DNA from: Candidatus Altiarchaeota archaeon
GTDB lineage: Archaea; Altiarchaeota; Altiarchaeia; IMC4; QMZM01
DNA length: 49,310 nt
Direction of reading: 5' to 3'
Assembly (NCBI GenBank): GCA_038891095.1
Contig: JAWAEV010000006.1
Coordinates: 1-49,310 of the forward strand
Under the pieces are notes generated by a model, which worked only from the letters and a program-made list of their open reading frames with translations, was not told the origin of the DNA and did not search any database. Of the stretch, positions 25,722-36,252 are shown piece by piece. A program made the translations under genes and the position numbers. Within the stretch, counting starts at the first letter, position 1. The number at the start of each line of letters is the position of its first letter.

Positions 25722-27347
25722 ATGAAAAAAACAAATTTTCTTTTATGGGCTGTTGTTTTTGTTTTTCTCTCTGCTGAGGTTTTTGCAGTTGCTATGGATA
25801 TTAGCTGCGATGAATTCTATGACTTTCAAAATGGAATAAAATTTGAGGATTTTCATTCTGAGAAAATTTCATATGCTCCTGGAGAGGAGGTAATTCTTTC
25901 ATATAATTTAGTAAATTTAATGTCAATGCCAGTAGTTGAAGGTAGAGTCAGAGTACAAATATTTTATGTTGATCCAAATGAAGATGAGCAAATTATTGAT
26001 GAATTTTTTGCATTTGAAAATTTGAATTTGATGCCAAATGATATCCTACAACAGGAAATTAAGTGGAAAGTTCCTTCAGGGGCGAAATCTGGGAGATATG
26101 AAGCAAAGGTTTATTTTTTAGTGAAAGATTTAAATCTTGCTGGTTTGAGTTTCATGGCTTATGGGACAACAGGTATTCCAGGGGCGTTGACTGAGTTCAA
26201 TGTTAAAAATTCAGTTGCTGAATCAAGGATTTACTTTAGTAAGAAAGAGACAAAAATAAACAATAAACCTTATGAATTTGTTGGCTATTTATTCTCAAGA
26301 AATTCTGAGCCATTGAAAATTGAGACAAAAATTTTCAATGAAGGTAAAGCAAAAGAAGTAACTCTTAAGTTAATGACATATTCATGGGATGATGTAAATG
26401 AAAAACCTTTGGATGAGTATACTATTGAAAAGAAAATTTCTATAGGAGAAAATTCTAATGAGTTGATAAGTTATGAACTGCCAGCTTTAGGGCCAGGAGT
26501 TTATGAGCTAAAATTTTTAGCTTTGTCAGGAGAGGAAAAATCAATCCTAAAGCTAAGAATCCCTATATCTGGAGCAAAAGGGAGATTCCTCTATTTAACC
26601 TTAGATAAATTCCCATTGAATGCAAATGAAAAAACAAAAGCATTTGTGTGCTTTTCAAATTCAGCAGATAAAGTGACAACATTTAATGGAAAAATAAGTT
26701 TAGAGTTAAAAGACAGAGATGGCAAGATTATATTCTCAGAAAAAACTTCAGCATTTGAAATCTTCTCAGATCCAATGGGCAAATTTTTTGAATTTACTCC
26801 AAAAGATAGCTACACAAAATTAACATTAAATGCAAAACTACTTGATGAAAATGAAAAGACTCATGATGAAATTTCTTTGGATTATGATTATTCCAAGTTC
26901 TCTAATATACCAAAGAGATTAATGCTTTCAACAGAAAAGAAAAATTTTAAATTTGGAGAAGAAATTCCTTATACTTTGACATATACTGATAATGATGGGA
27001 GAAACCTTAAAGGAAAGTTTTTACTATATCTCCTAAATGAAGAGGGCACAATTCTTGATATGGTTGAAAAAGAGATTAATGGAGAATTTAAAGGAAAATT
27101 AATGCCAATAAACAAAGCTGGAAATTATAGGATAACTGCAAGAGAATTAGTTAAGGATATAAAAATTGAAACTGATTTTAAAGTAGGTTATGAAGAAGCA
27201 CAAATAACAACAGAGGGTAAGATAGTAACAACAACTCTACCAAGAACAGAAGAAATGCCAATTGCAAATTTAATAATTTGGATTTTAATAGTCATCTCCT
27301 TGATTTACTTGGTTGTATTTTTCATAAGAAAGAAAAAAGGTGAGTGA
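25722..27347 (+). CDS. Secreted multi-Ig-like protein with C-terminal membrane anchor
   Basis: Signal peptide, beta-rich domains, C-terminal TM followed by RKKK; GGAGG upstream of ATG 25722. Confidence 0.78.
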   Translation: MKKTNFLLWAVVFVFLSAEVFAVAMDISCDEFYDFQNGIKFEDFHSEKISYAPGEEVILSYNLVNLMSMPVVEGRVRVQIFYVDPNEDEQIIDEFFAFENLNLMPNDILQQEIKWKVPSGAKSGRYEAKVYFLVKDLNLAGLSFMAYGTTGIPGALTEFNVKNSVAESRIYFSKKETKINNKPYEFVGYLFSRNSEPLKIETKIFNEGKAKEVTLKLMTYSWDDVNEKPLDEYTIEKKISIGENSNELISYELPALGPGVYELKFLALSGEEKSILKLRIPISGAKGRFLYLTLDKFPLNANEKTKAFVCFSNSADKVTTFNGKISLELKDRDGKIIFSEKTSAFEIFSDPMGKFFEFTPKDSYTKLTLNAKLLDENEKTHDEISLDYDYSKFSNIPKRLMLSTEKKNFKFGEEIPYTLTYTDNDGRNLKGKFLLYLLNEEGTILDMVEKEINGEFKGKLMPINKAGNYRITARELVKDIKIETDFKVGYEEAQITTEGKIVTTTLPRTEEMPIANLIIWILIVISLIYLVVFFIRKKKGE

Positions 27348-29320
27348 AAATGAAAAAAAATACAAAAATTTTCTGGACTTTTATAGTTTTGCTTTTTTTA
27401 GTTTTGAGTGTAAATGCAAAGGATATTGAACTTTTTACTTCACCAGATAGCGCGAATGTAAATGCAGGTTCTACAGCGACTTTTACATTAACTATAAAGA
27501 ACAACCAGGAGGTTTCAGAGGGGATATCAATTTTATTAGCCGGAGAAGCAGCAACTTGGGCATCTTCCTCAAGGGATAAATTTACTATCTCTGCAGGAGG
27601 AACTGAAAATGTTGTATTGAGAGTAACCCCACCAGCAAATACACTAACTGGTACATATATTCTGAAAGTTTCTGCATCTAATTTAAAAGATAAATGGGAC
27701 ATAAAAGATATAAAAATTTCTGTCCTTGGAACAAAAACAAGTGGAATTTCAATCTCAGAAAAAGTAGCTTTAAGTCCTGTTGGTGCACTACCAACTTATT
27801 TAGATTTTGGTAATGTACGTCTTAACCTATATTTCAATCCAAAACTTATAGTTGGGGATTACATACTAAAGAATGGTGATGAGGTTTGTGTTGGTGACAG
27901 TTTTAAGCTACAGCAAAATTCAGTTGGTGGCGATTGGTGGGATGATGGAGGCCCAGTTGATTCTCCGCCAGTGTATATTGTTCCTGATTTAGGACAAGCG
28001 ATATGGCAAATTTCTCAGAGAGCTTTTGATGCACCCACATATCAAGCTTACATATGTTATTTCAATGGATATTGCTCTAGAGATTGTCCAAAACCTTATG
28101 AACCAAAAGGTGGCTGTTCTATTGGCTGTGGGCCAAGATGCACTGTTGACGGAACCCTTGTTTGCTCACCAATTTGTGAGACTAACTCTAAGGGTGTAGA
28201 GTTAGGAAAGACAGAAAATGAATTCATCATTTCTAAAGAAGGTGAAATTTCGGCAGATATACAATGCACATTGCAATGTATATTCTTTGTGAAGAAATGT
28301 CCTTTATTTGACGATGCTGAGCACTCTCTAAAAACATATGGATTTTTAGCGACAAATCCTGACACATGGGAATTCTCAGTAAATTTATCACTTAAGGCAG
28401 TAAAAAATGAAATCAAACCTCAATTGAAAATTTTGGATTCAAAAATGAGCAAAGTTAATGCAGCATATGCTATAAGAGCAATAGTGAAAAATTCAGGTGA
28501 AAATACAGCAAAAATTGATAAGATATCTCTAAATTTACCAGAATATAAAATCTTGTATGCCCCAAAGGTTTTATCTCCAAGTGAGGAGTCGGAGATTATA
28601 ATTGAAATTAATCCAGTGATATTAGAAAACTTTTTAGAGGACATAAAGATAACCTTCGAATATAGAGCAGACAAATTAGGCTGCTTATCAAGCAAGGAAT
28701 TTAAAGAAACAATTACTTTAAGTGGTCTAACCAATTTCCCGCTAATAAAGTCAGTTCAAGTATATAAAATGATTGTTGAAGGAGATTGCAAAAATGAATA
28801 CTATGCTTGTGCTTCTCCTAATAAAGAAGGTAAATTCTATGTAGGTTATCAATGCAATAATAAAGATCCTTACTTTGTTACAAGTGCTGAAAGAGTTAAC
28901 TTAATGTTTGATTTAAGTTCATTGCCAGAAAATGCAAATGTTCTCTCAGCAAAGTTGTTCTTGCCTGTAGAAGCAGTTAATGAGCCTTTAACAATAAGTA
29001 TTTTTGAGATTGATGATTTTGATCAGAAGAATTGTGAACCTGGAGGAGATATTTGTACTCAACCTTATTGTAAAGAATGCTCTCCATCATTTGAACTGCA
29101 AGGAAAGTTAATAGAAACTAAGAAAATTTCAATGCCTGGAAGTTATTCATTTGATATTTCAAAGATAGTTAAAAATAAAAAGTTAATTGCTTTCCAAGTT
29201 CAAGGAAGCAATGAAAATAAATGGGCTGAAAAAGCAGAAAGCTCTTGCACTAAGCCAAAAGAGTGGGATCATTATGATCTACAGCTAAGTAAGCCGTATC
29301 TGAAAATTTTATTTACTTAA
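27344..29320 (+). CDS. Secreted Cys-rich protein (N-terminal Ig-like domain; C-terminal DNRLRE/CBM96-like motif)
   Basis: Signal peptide ending VNA; LMFDLSSLPENANVLSAKL motif; two Cys clusters; start may be ATG 27350. Confidence 0.7.
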   Translation: MKMKKNTKIFWTFIVLLFLVLSVNAKDIELFTSPDSANVNAGSTATFTLTIKNNQEVSEGISILLAGEAATWASSSRDKFTISAGGTENVVLRVTPPANTLTGTYILKVSASNLKDKWDIKDIKISVLGTKTSGISISEKVALSPVGALPTYLDFGNVRLNLYFNPKLIVGDYILKNGDEVCVGDSFKLQQNSVGGDWWDDGGPVDSPPVYIVPDLGQAIWQISQRAFDAPTYQAYICYFNGYCSRDCPKPYEPKGGCSIGCGPRCTVDGTLVCSPICETNSKGVELGKTENEFIISKEGEISADIQCTLQCIFFVKKCPLFDDAEHSLKTYGFLATNPDTWEFSVNLSLKAVKNEIKPQLKILDSKMSKVNAAYAIRAIVKNSGENTAKIDKISLNLPEYKILYAPKVLSPSEESEIIIEINPVILENFLEDIKITFEYRADKLGCLSSKEFKETITLSGLTNFPLIKSVQVYKMIVEGDCKNEYYACASPNKEGKFYVGYQCNNKDPYFVTSAERVNLMFDLSSLPENANVLSAKLFLPVEAVNEPLTISIFEIDDFDQKNCEPGGDICTQPYCKECSPSFELQGKLIETKKISMPGSYSFDISKIVKNKKLIAFQVQGSNENKWAEKAESSCTKPKEWDHYDLQLSKPYLKILFT

Positions 29321-29344
29321 TTTTTAATTTTTTTCTTTTTTACT

Positions 29345-30670
29345 ATGCAGAATTATGATTTAATAATAGTTGGAGGTGGCGCTGCAGGGATTACAGCAAT
29401 GATAGAAGCAAGAAAATTCAATTTCAATGCAAAAATTTTACTAATAAGTGCTGAAAAAAAATTTTACTCTAAATGTGCTTTGCCTTTTCTTATATCCAAT
29501 GAAGTTAAAACTGAAAAAATTTCTCAGAGTGTAGAGCAAATGTGCAAGAGCATGAATGTTGATTTTGTATTTGAAAATGCCATAGCAATTGATATAAAAA
29601 ATAAGAGTGTTAAAACAAAAAATTCAGAATTTTTCTATAAGTCATTAGTTATTGCAACCGGCAGCTATTGTGAGATTCCAAAAATTCCTGGAGTTGATAG
29701 AGAAGGTGTATTTACTCTTAAATCTTTAGAAGATGCAGAAAAAATAAAGAGTTATGCTAAAAAATGCAAGAGTGCATTAGTTGTTGGCTCTGGTGCAACT
29801 GGAATAGAAATTGCAGTTTCTCTAAAAAAGTTAAATCTTAATGTTACAATAGTTGAAATTTCTGATGCTATACTCCCTTTTTGTCTTTCAAAGGATTTTT
29901 CAGAAATTGTTGCTAAAAAGTTAAAGGAAAATGGAATTAAATTGCTCACTAATTCAAAAATTGAAAAAATTTTAGGAGATATAAAAGTTCAAGGAGCAAT
30001 AATTTCAGGGAATGAAGTATCGACTGATATGATAGTTTTCTGCACTGGCTTAAAACCAAATATAAAAATTGCAAAAGAAGCAGGGATAAAGGTTGATAAA
30101 GGTATTTTAGTAGATGAAAAAATGCAAACTTCTATAAATGGAATTTTCGCAGCAGGTGATTGCGCTCAAATTAAAGATAGGATAACTTCTGAGAAAATTT
30201 TAAGTCAACTTGGCACAACTGCAATTCGTGAAGCAGAGATTGCAGCATTAAATGCTCTTGGCGCTAATGAAAATTTAAGTCAAGGAATAATGAACTCCTT
30301 AGTGATGAAAATTTTTGACCTACAAGTTGGAAAAACAGGATTGAATGAGCAAGAGGCAAAAGCAAAAGGTTTTGAAATTTTTACAGGAAAAGTGAAAACA
30401 TTAACCAAAGAGGAATATTTTCCAGAAGCAAAAGAACTATTAGTTAAGTTAATCTTCAGTAAGAAGGATTTGAGAATTTTAGGCTGTGAAATTTTAGGCT
30501 ATGAGCATGTTGCAACTTTAGTTGATCTGATAGCATTTGCAATTTTAAAAAATTCAACATTGGATGACTTTGAAAAATTTGATTATTGCTACAATCCAGC
30601 AGTAATCCCTGCGCATAACGCTTTAGTTTTAGCAGCAAAAAATGCAAGAAAGAAGTTGAAATATTTGTGA
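29345..30670 (+). CDS. FAD-dependent NADH oxidase / CoA-disulfide reductase family protein
   Basis: GGGAAG, YSKCALP (redox Cys), IATGS, GSGATG-x-E, FAAGDC. Confidence 0.9.
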   Translation: MQNYDLIIVGGGAAGITAMIEARKFNFNAKILLISAEKKFYSKCALPFLISNEVKTEKISQSVEQMCKSMNVDFVFENAIAIDIKNKSVKTKNSEFFYKSLVIATGSYCEIPKIPGVDREGVFTLKSLEDAEKIKSYAKKCKSALVVGSGATGIEIAVSLKKLNLNVTIVEISDAILPFCLSKDFSEIVAKKLKENGIKLLTNSKIEKILGDIKVQGAIISGNEVSTDMIVFCTGLKPNIKIAKEAGIKVDKGILVDEKMQTSINGIFAAGDCAQIKDRITSEKILSQLGTTAIREAEIAALNALGANENLSQGIMNSLVMKIFDLQVGKTGLNEQEAKAKGFEIFTGKVKTLTKEEYFPEAKELLVKLIFSKKDLRILGCEILGYEHVATLVDLIAFAILKNSTLDDFEKFDYCYNPAVIPAHNALVLAAKNARKKLKYL

Positions 30671-30698
30671 TTTATCAACTTGAATTTTCTCATTGAGG

Positions 30699-31202
30699 TT
30701 AAACATACGCTCTTAATATATCAGAATGCTCCCTCATTATTAATTTTCTTAAACTTTTCCTGAGATTTAGCTCTAATTTTTCCTGTGCTTCAGAAAATTT
30801 TAATTTTTCTTTATGATAAGCAATAACTGGTCCCTCAACAAGCAGCTTAGCATTAGTATGACATTCATCTAATGCAACCGGTGCTTTTTCAAATACTTTC
30901 TTAACAGTAGAAATTTTTCCTAATAGCAAATTTTTTGCTTCTTTTTTGTTTAATGGTCTAAGTCCAAAAGAGAAGAGATTACTTTTTATTTTTTTAGCAT
31001 TTGTTTTGCTTCCTAAGCCAATAAATTTGTAAGGATTAATTGGAAATTCTTTTATGATCCATACTTTGCCTTCATGAAGAAATAAACTTGTTAGATAATT
31101 CTCATCATCAATGCCAGAGAAAGCATACCAATTTTCAGGATTTCTATTATAGAACTTTAAAATTTCTTCCTTTAATTTATCTGCAGATTTTATTTCAGGC
31201 AT
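30699..31202 (-). CDS. Hypothetical protein
   Basis: 167 aa ATG ORF, tandem with neighbour. Confidence 0.75.
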   Translation of the reverse strand: MPEIKSADKLKEEILKFYNRNPENWYAFSGIDDENYLTSLFLHEGKVWIIKEFPINPYKFIGLGSKTNAKKIKSNLFSFGLRPLNKKEAKNLLLGKISTVKKVFEKAPVALDECHTNAKLLVEGPVIAYHKEKLKFSEAQEKLELNLRKSLRKLIMREHSDILRAYV

Positions 31203-31206
31203 GGTA

Positions 31207-31578
31207 CTAAATTTTCTTCATTTTCTTCATGACAGATTTTCTAAAATTTTCCCATTCTTTGCTCAATTCATCAACTGCTTTTATAAATTCCTTCTTTGCA
31301 TTTTTCGCTGATATGTGTAATGCATATTTTGGCACTAAGGAATGTCTTTCATATGTATATGCATCAATCCCTCTTTTGATTAAAATTTCACATAACATAT
31401 TTGCAACTTCAATATCTTTCATATCCTTGAAAAGAACACCTTTTTTTTCAGTTTCCCATCCCATACTTTCTAAAATTTTTGCATTCTCCTCTTCTGCATG
31501 TTTATATATCCTTTCAGAAAATTCTATATCAAACTCGTCACCTTTATCCTTAACAATTTCTATTTGAAAAATTGGCAT
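31207..31578 (-). CDS. Hypothetical protein
   Basis: 123 aa ATG ORF with K/E-rich composition typical of the genome. Confidence 0.72.
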   Translation of the reverse strand: MPIFQIEIVKDKGDEFDIEFSERIYKHAEEENAKILESMGWETEKKGVLFKDMKDIEVANMLCEILIKRGIDAYTYERHSLVPKYALHISAKNAKKEFIKAVDELSKEWENFRKSVMKKMKKI

Positions 31579-31795
31579 TTTCCTTTTTTAATTTTAATAT
31601 TTAAACTCAAAATTCTTAAATTATATTGTATACATTCAAACCCATTGAATTTATCTTTTTAATTTTATTCGCTAACTTTTCAATATTAGTAATTTTCAGA
31701 TAGCTAAAGTTAATTAATATTTTAGTTATAGCTGTACTTATTTAAATTTCAATTTAATAAAGAATGGAGGTTAAGATAAGGAGGTGTATGAAAAA

Positions 31796-33415
31796 ATGGC
31801 ACAACAACAACCTATTTTGATTTTGCCAGAAGGAGCATTAAGGACTATTGGAAGAGATGCACAAAGGAATAATATAATGGCTGCAAAGCAAGTTGCTGAA
31901 ACAGTAAGGACAACTCTTGGCCCAAGAGGAATGGATAAAATGTTAGTAGATGATTTAGGTGACATAACAATAACGAATGATGGCGCAACTATTGTCGACG
32001 AGCTAAATGTTGAGCACCCAGCAGCAAAGATGTTAGTTGAAGTTGCAAAAACCCAAGATGAGGAAGTTGGTGATGGAACAACAACAGCAGTTGTATTAGC
32101 AGGTGAACTATTAGCAAATGCAGAGAAATTATTAGATCAGGATATACATCCAACAGTTATAGCTAAAGGCTACAGAATGGCAGAAGAAAAGGCAAATGAG
32201 GTATTACAGAAAATAGCTAAAAATGTAACAGCTAATGACTACGAAATTTTGAAGAAAATAGCAATGACTGCAATGACAGGAAAAAGTGCAGAATATGCTC
32301 GTGAAGCTCTTGCTGATTTAGCAGTTAAGGCAGTTAAACAAGTTTTAGATAATGGAAAAGTTGATTTAGATGATATAAAAATTGAGAAAAAACAAGGTAA
32401 AAGCATATCTGATTCAGAGCTCATCCAAGGTGTTATAATCGACAAAGAAAGGGTTCATTCAGGAATGCCAAAAAAGGTAGAAGATGCAAAAATTGCTCTT
32501 GTTGATGTTGCAATTGAAGTTAAAAAAACAGAAACTGATGCAAAAATTAATATAACTTCTCCAGAGCAGTTAGAGGCTTTCCTAAAGCAAGAAGAGCAAA
32601 TGCTAAAGCAAATGGTTGAAAAAATTGCTAAATCAGGAGCAAATGTTCTATTCTGCCAGAAGGGAATTGATGATCTAGCACAACATTACTTAGCCCAGAA
32701 AGGTATATATGCTGTAAGAAGAGTTAAAGAATCTGATATGAAAAAACTTGAAAAAGCAACTGGTGCAAGAAATGTTACAAATTTAGATGACCTATCACCA
32801 AAGGACTTAGGATATGCAAAATTAGTTGAGGAAGTAAAAATTGGCGGAGATGAGATGACTTTCGTTAGAGATTGCAAAAATCCAAAATCAGTTAGCATAC
32901 TTGTAAGAGGTGGCACAGAGCATGTCGTTGATGAAGTTGAGAGATCAGTAAAGGATGCTATTGGTGCAGTTGCATCATCAATTGAAGAAGGGAAAGTTGT
33001 TGCTGGTGGTGGTGCTCCAGAAATTGCACTTGCTCGAGAGTTAAGAGAGTATGCAAAGAAAGTAGGTGGCAGAGAGCAATTAGCAATTGATGCATTTGCA
33101 GATACTTTAGAGATAATTCCAAGAACTCTTGCAGAGTCTGCAGGACTTGATGCTATTGATACAATAGTTGATCTGAGAGCAAAGCATGTAAATTCATCAA
33201 CATATGGAGTTGATGTATTCAATAGAAAAACAGCAGACATGTGGAAACTTGGTGTAGTTGAGCCATTGAAAATTAAAACCCAAGCATTGAAATCAGCGAC
33301 AGAAGCTGCAATGATGATTCTGAGAATAGATGATGTTATTGCAGCATCAAAGAAATCAACTCCTAAACCAGGAGGAGGAACCCCAGGAATGGGTGAAGAG
33401 ATGCCGGAGGATTAA
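31796..33415 (+). CDS. ths: Thermosome (group II chaperonin) subunit
   Basis: [32 protein letters not shown]; GGAGGTG SD before ATG 31796. Confidence 0.98.
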   Translation: MAQQQPILILPEGALRTIGRDAQRNNIMAAKQVAETVRTTLGPRGMDKMLVDDLGDITITNDGATIVDELNVEHPAAKMLVEVAKTQDEEVGDGTTTAVVLAGELLANAEKLLDQDIHPTVIAKGYRMAEEKANEVLQKIAKNVTANDYEILKKIAMTAMTGKSAEYAREALADLAVKAVKQVLDNGKVDLDDIKIEKKQGKSISDSELIQGVIIDKERVHSGMPKKVEDAKIALVDVAIEVKKTETDAKINITSPEQLEAFLKQEEQMLKQMVEKIAKSGANVLFCQKGIDDLAQHYLAQKGIYAVRRVKESDMKKLEKATGARNVTNLDDLSPKDLGYAKLVEEVKIGGDEMTFVRDCKNPKSVSILVRGGTEHVVDEVERSVKDAIGAVASSIEEGKVVAGGGAPEIALARELREYAKKVGGREQLAIDAFADTLEIIPRTLAESAGLDAIDTIVDLRAKHVNSSTYGVDVFNRKTADMWKLGVVEPLKIKTQALKSATEAAMMILRIDDVIAASKKSTPKPGGGTPGMGEEMPED

Positions 33416-33420
33416 TAACG

Positions 33421-33451
33421 CCTTTCTTTCTTATTTTTTATTTTTTTATTT
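33421..33451 (+). terminator. Probable oligo-T archaeal terminator after thermosome
   Basis: CCTTTCTTTCTTATTTTTTATTTTTTTATTT just after the stop; overlaps the end of the convergent gene. Confidence 0.4.
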
Positions 33452-34166
33452 GCATGCACTTTTGAAACTCAAGACTTTTGCAATTTTCAAGCATACATCT
33501 TAGAAAAAATTCCCTTTTGTTTGTAAAATTGTCAAATAGACAATATTCTGGATTTTTATCACAAAATTCCTTTGAGTGAATTACTCCAGAGTAAAATTCA
33601 GCAAGAGATTCTTCAATTGATTTATTAGTTATATTGCAATTATATGCTAAAAAATGATGCATTAACTCGTGTCTTATAGTTGCATGCAAGGTAAAAATTT
33701 CATTCCAATCATTGTGAAAAGTATTCAAATATATTTTACCTAAGAAATATGTGCCATATGAAGAATCGTTCTTTGATGTATACTTAATTTTTGGGATTGG
33801 TATTGTTTTCCCAGTAAAATTTTCTATTTTCTCTTTTTCTATCAACAAAATTTCTTCAGGAGTATTAGCATTAAATTTATTCTCATGAGTAATTTTTTTG
33901 CTATAAAAATTAGTTCCATCACTTAGGATATTACTATCTATAACACAAAAATTACAATCAATAAAATCATTTCTCTTTAGTGCAGTTGTCATTCCAAAAT
34001 GAAAAGAAATAGCTGCTATTGAAAAAATAAAAATCAAGAAAATAAAGTCTCTATAAATTTTTTTGGTGTAATATCTAAATAGAACTTCCTCTTTGAGTAT
34101 TCTCACAAAATATAAAATTTTTGAAAAATTTTTGAAAAATTTTAATCTATTTTGTTTTTTCTTCAT
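33438..34166 (-). CDS. Membrane-anchored protein with HExxH zinc-metallopeptidase motif
   Basis: One TM, RHELMHH plus downstream EESLAE, Cys-rich tail; true start uncertain. Confidence 0.65.
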   Translation of the reverse strand: MKKKQNRLKFFKNFSKILYFVRILKEEVLFRYYTKKIYRDFIFLIFIFSIAAISFHFGMTTALKRNDFIDCNFCVIDSNILSDGTNFYSKKITHENKFNANTPEEILLIEKEKIENFTGKTIPIPKIKYTSKNDSSYGTYFLGKIYLNTFHNDWNEIFTLHATIRHELMHHFLAYNCNITNKSIEESLAEFYSGVIHSKEFCDKNPEYCLFDNFTNKREFFLRCMLENCKSLEFQKCMQIKK

Positions 34167-34210
34167 TTGTTAAAAAGCCAATATATCTTTGGAATAAGAG
34201 AATAAAAGTT

Positions 34211-34630
34211 CTACTTTAGAGTTAGTTCTATTACAACAGTGGCCTTAGGATTCTTTAATTTTTCTATTAGCGCTGTACTTAGATCTTTAGCAGCTTTATC
34301 AGCTTTTATTGCAAGAGTTCTTTCGCAAATGAAATTGCTTTTCCTGATGACCATCTCTTTTGAGTGTGTTAAAATTAATTTTGAATTTCCATGAGCAATA
34401 ATCTTTTCCTCTACTTCTTGACAAGAGATTTTTATCTCAAGAATTGAATTATCATTCCTCAGCATTTCTTTAAATTTTTCAGATAAATCTTGAAAGCATT
34501 TATTTGCTGAAACTGCAATGATACAATCTCCTCTTGGAGTTAAATATTGCTCTTTTGTTATCTCAAAACTTGTTGGATGTTTTGCAGAGATATTTTCATG
34601 TCCTTTTGCTAAGATTTTTTCAGTGAGCAT
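34211..34630 (-). CDS. DUF371 family protein
   Basis: GHENI-x-A-x-H-x-TSFEIT, LTPRGDCII, VIRKS...RTL-x-I-x-ADKAA. Confidence 0.93.
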   Translation of the reverse strand: MLTEKILAKGHENISAKHPTSFEITKEQYLTPRGDCIIAVSANKCFQDLSEKFKEMLRNDNSILEIKISCQEVEEKIIAHGNSKLILTHSKEMVIRKSNFICERTLAIKADKAAKDLSTALIEKLKNPKATVVIELTLK

Positions 34631-35336
34631 TTTTTACCCATTCTAAAACTTCATTTTCATCTTTTTTAATTTCAAATTCTTTGAAGTATCTTAATACATT
34701 CCTTACATCTCTAATTAGCAACTCCTCAGCTAATGGATGTGTTATCAGAACACCCATTGAAAAATCAATAAGCCAAGGTTCGTCTTTCCAGTATAGTATG
34801 TTATATTCTGAAAGATCACCATGTACAAAATTTTTCATATACATCACTTTAATGAAATTCAAAATTTTTTCAAGAGTTTTCTCTGGGTTTTCTGGCAAAA
34901 CATCTTTTAGTTTTGGTGCTGGAATTCCTTTGCTACCAATAAAACTCATAACAAGAACATTATCGTGAAGTGCAACTGGCTCTGGGCAGTTTACATATCT
35001 GTGAATTTTCCATAGATTATGGAATTCCCTTTTCGCCCATAAGTGAACGAGATGTCTTCTGTTTTTCCATTTTGGAAATCTCACATCGTTGGCAAGATAT
35101 TTATCCATATTTCTAAAATCAGAAGTTTCAACTGCATAAATTTTTATTACAATTTCCTTTCCATCAGATGAGAAACCATGATAGACATTTGCCTCTTTTC
35201 CTATGGATATAATTCCAGAAAATTTTTCTATTTTTCTCTCTCGCATTAATTTTTCTATTGCAAAAAGAGTTGCATCATCAAAAACACCATGAGAAATTTT
35301 CTTTTCGTCAAGAGGAACTCTTCTCTTTTCTTTCAA
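34620..35336 (-). CDS. rio1: RIO1 family Ser/Thr kinase/ATPase
   Basis: GKEANVY, WAKREF-x-NL, HGDLSEYNIL, IDFS. Confidence 0.93.
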   Translation of the reverse strand: MKEKRRVPLDEKKISHGVFDDATLFAIEKLMRERKIEKFSGIISIGKEANVYHGFSSDGKEIVIKIYAVETSDFRNMDKYLANDVRFPKWKNRRHLVHLWAKREFHNLWKIHRYVNCPEPVALHDNVLVMSFIGSKGIPAPKLKDVLPENPEKTLEKILNFIKVMYMKNFVHGDLSEYNILYWKDEPWLIDFSMGVLITHPLAEELLIRDVRNVLRYFKEFEIKKDENEVLEWVKNAH

Positions 35337-35923
35337 TTTATGCTCTCAATTTTCTCAGCAATATCAATAGTTAAATCTATTATAGCCCTTAATCTATTTA
35401 TATCAATAATAACTTTTTGTTCTTCAAATTCTGCTTTTTCACCATTAACTCCAAGATTGAAATTTTTTGTATTTAAAATTTTCATTTGTATTGAACAGCT
35501 CAAAATTTCTCTAACAAATTTTTCATTGTTCCCCTTCACAATAAATTCCTTGTCAAAGTTTTCATTCCCAAGAGAAATGTCTTGCATACCAAAAGTCTTT
35601 TCAATTTTGCTAATAAAATTTTCAGGATAAATCTTCAAAGAAACACCTTTTTGATTTTTTATTTTTACAATAAGTTTAGTAAATCTTCGACTGTGCCTTC
35701 CATACTGCTTAAGATAAGTATATAAATTTAGATAATGGTCTCTATATGTGCCTTCTAATTTATTACTCACAAAACTAAGAAAACCTTCTTGACTAAATTT
35801 AAGTCCTAACATCTGAGAGAGTTTTTGCCAGTTTTCTTTTACTGCCCTATTTCTATCCAAAATATGATATATAATCACAAAAAGAATTAGAATTGGTAAA
35901 GCTATAAAAATTTCATTTATCAT
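35333..35923 (-). CDS. Single-TM hypothetical protein (DUF3137-like)
   Basis: N-terminal TM; QDI-x-x-G-x-x-x-FDKEF-x-V motif; start set to ATG 35923 (ATGA overlap with aIF-1A stop). Confidence 0.65.
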   Translation of the reverse strand: MINEIFIALPILILFVIIYHILDRNRAVKENWQKLSQMLGLKFSQEGFLSFVSNKLEGTYRDHYLNLYTYLKQYGRHSRRFTKLIVKIKNQKGVSLKIYPENFISKIEKTFGMQDISLGNENFDKEFIVKGNNEKFVREILSCSIQMKILNTKNFNLGVNGEKAEFEEQKVIIDINRLRAIIDLTIDIAEKIESIN

Positions 35924-36252
35924 TTTTCTAAATCTTTCAAAAAACCTTTCTTTCTCAGCCAATCAGCTTGTTGATAAGTATAGCGCCAAAGTATGTCCCC
36001 TTTTTTATTTGTTTCAACTTGCCAAGGTTCTATTAGAACAATATCACCTTCCTTAAGCCAAATTCTCCTTCTGATTTTGCCAGGAATTCTACAAAGTCTT
36101 GTGTTGCCATCTACACATTTTACAAGCATTCTCCTATCTCCTAAAAGTTGTTCAACCTCTCCTAAAATTTCACCTTTTTTTGGAGTTCTAACTCTAAAAA
36201 CTCCCTCCTCAGACTCATCATTATAGTTCTTTTTCTTCTCATCATTTGTCAT
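35920..36252 (-). CDS. eif1a: Translation initiation factor aIF-1A
   Basis: LG-x-x-RM-x-V-x-C-x-DG-x-x-R-x-CRIPGK, W-x-x-EGD-x-V-x-x-x-PW, KGDI-x-WRY. Confidence 0.97.
   Translation of the reverse strand: MTNDEKKKNYNDESEEGVFRVRTPKKGEILGEVEQLLGDRRMLVKCVDGNTRLCRIPGKIRRRIWLKEGDIVLIEPWQVETNKKGDILWRYTYQQADWLRKKGFLKDLEK

Noticed and set aside
32686-33240. 184 aa minus-strand ORF
   Set aside because: Antisense to the thermosome gene
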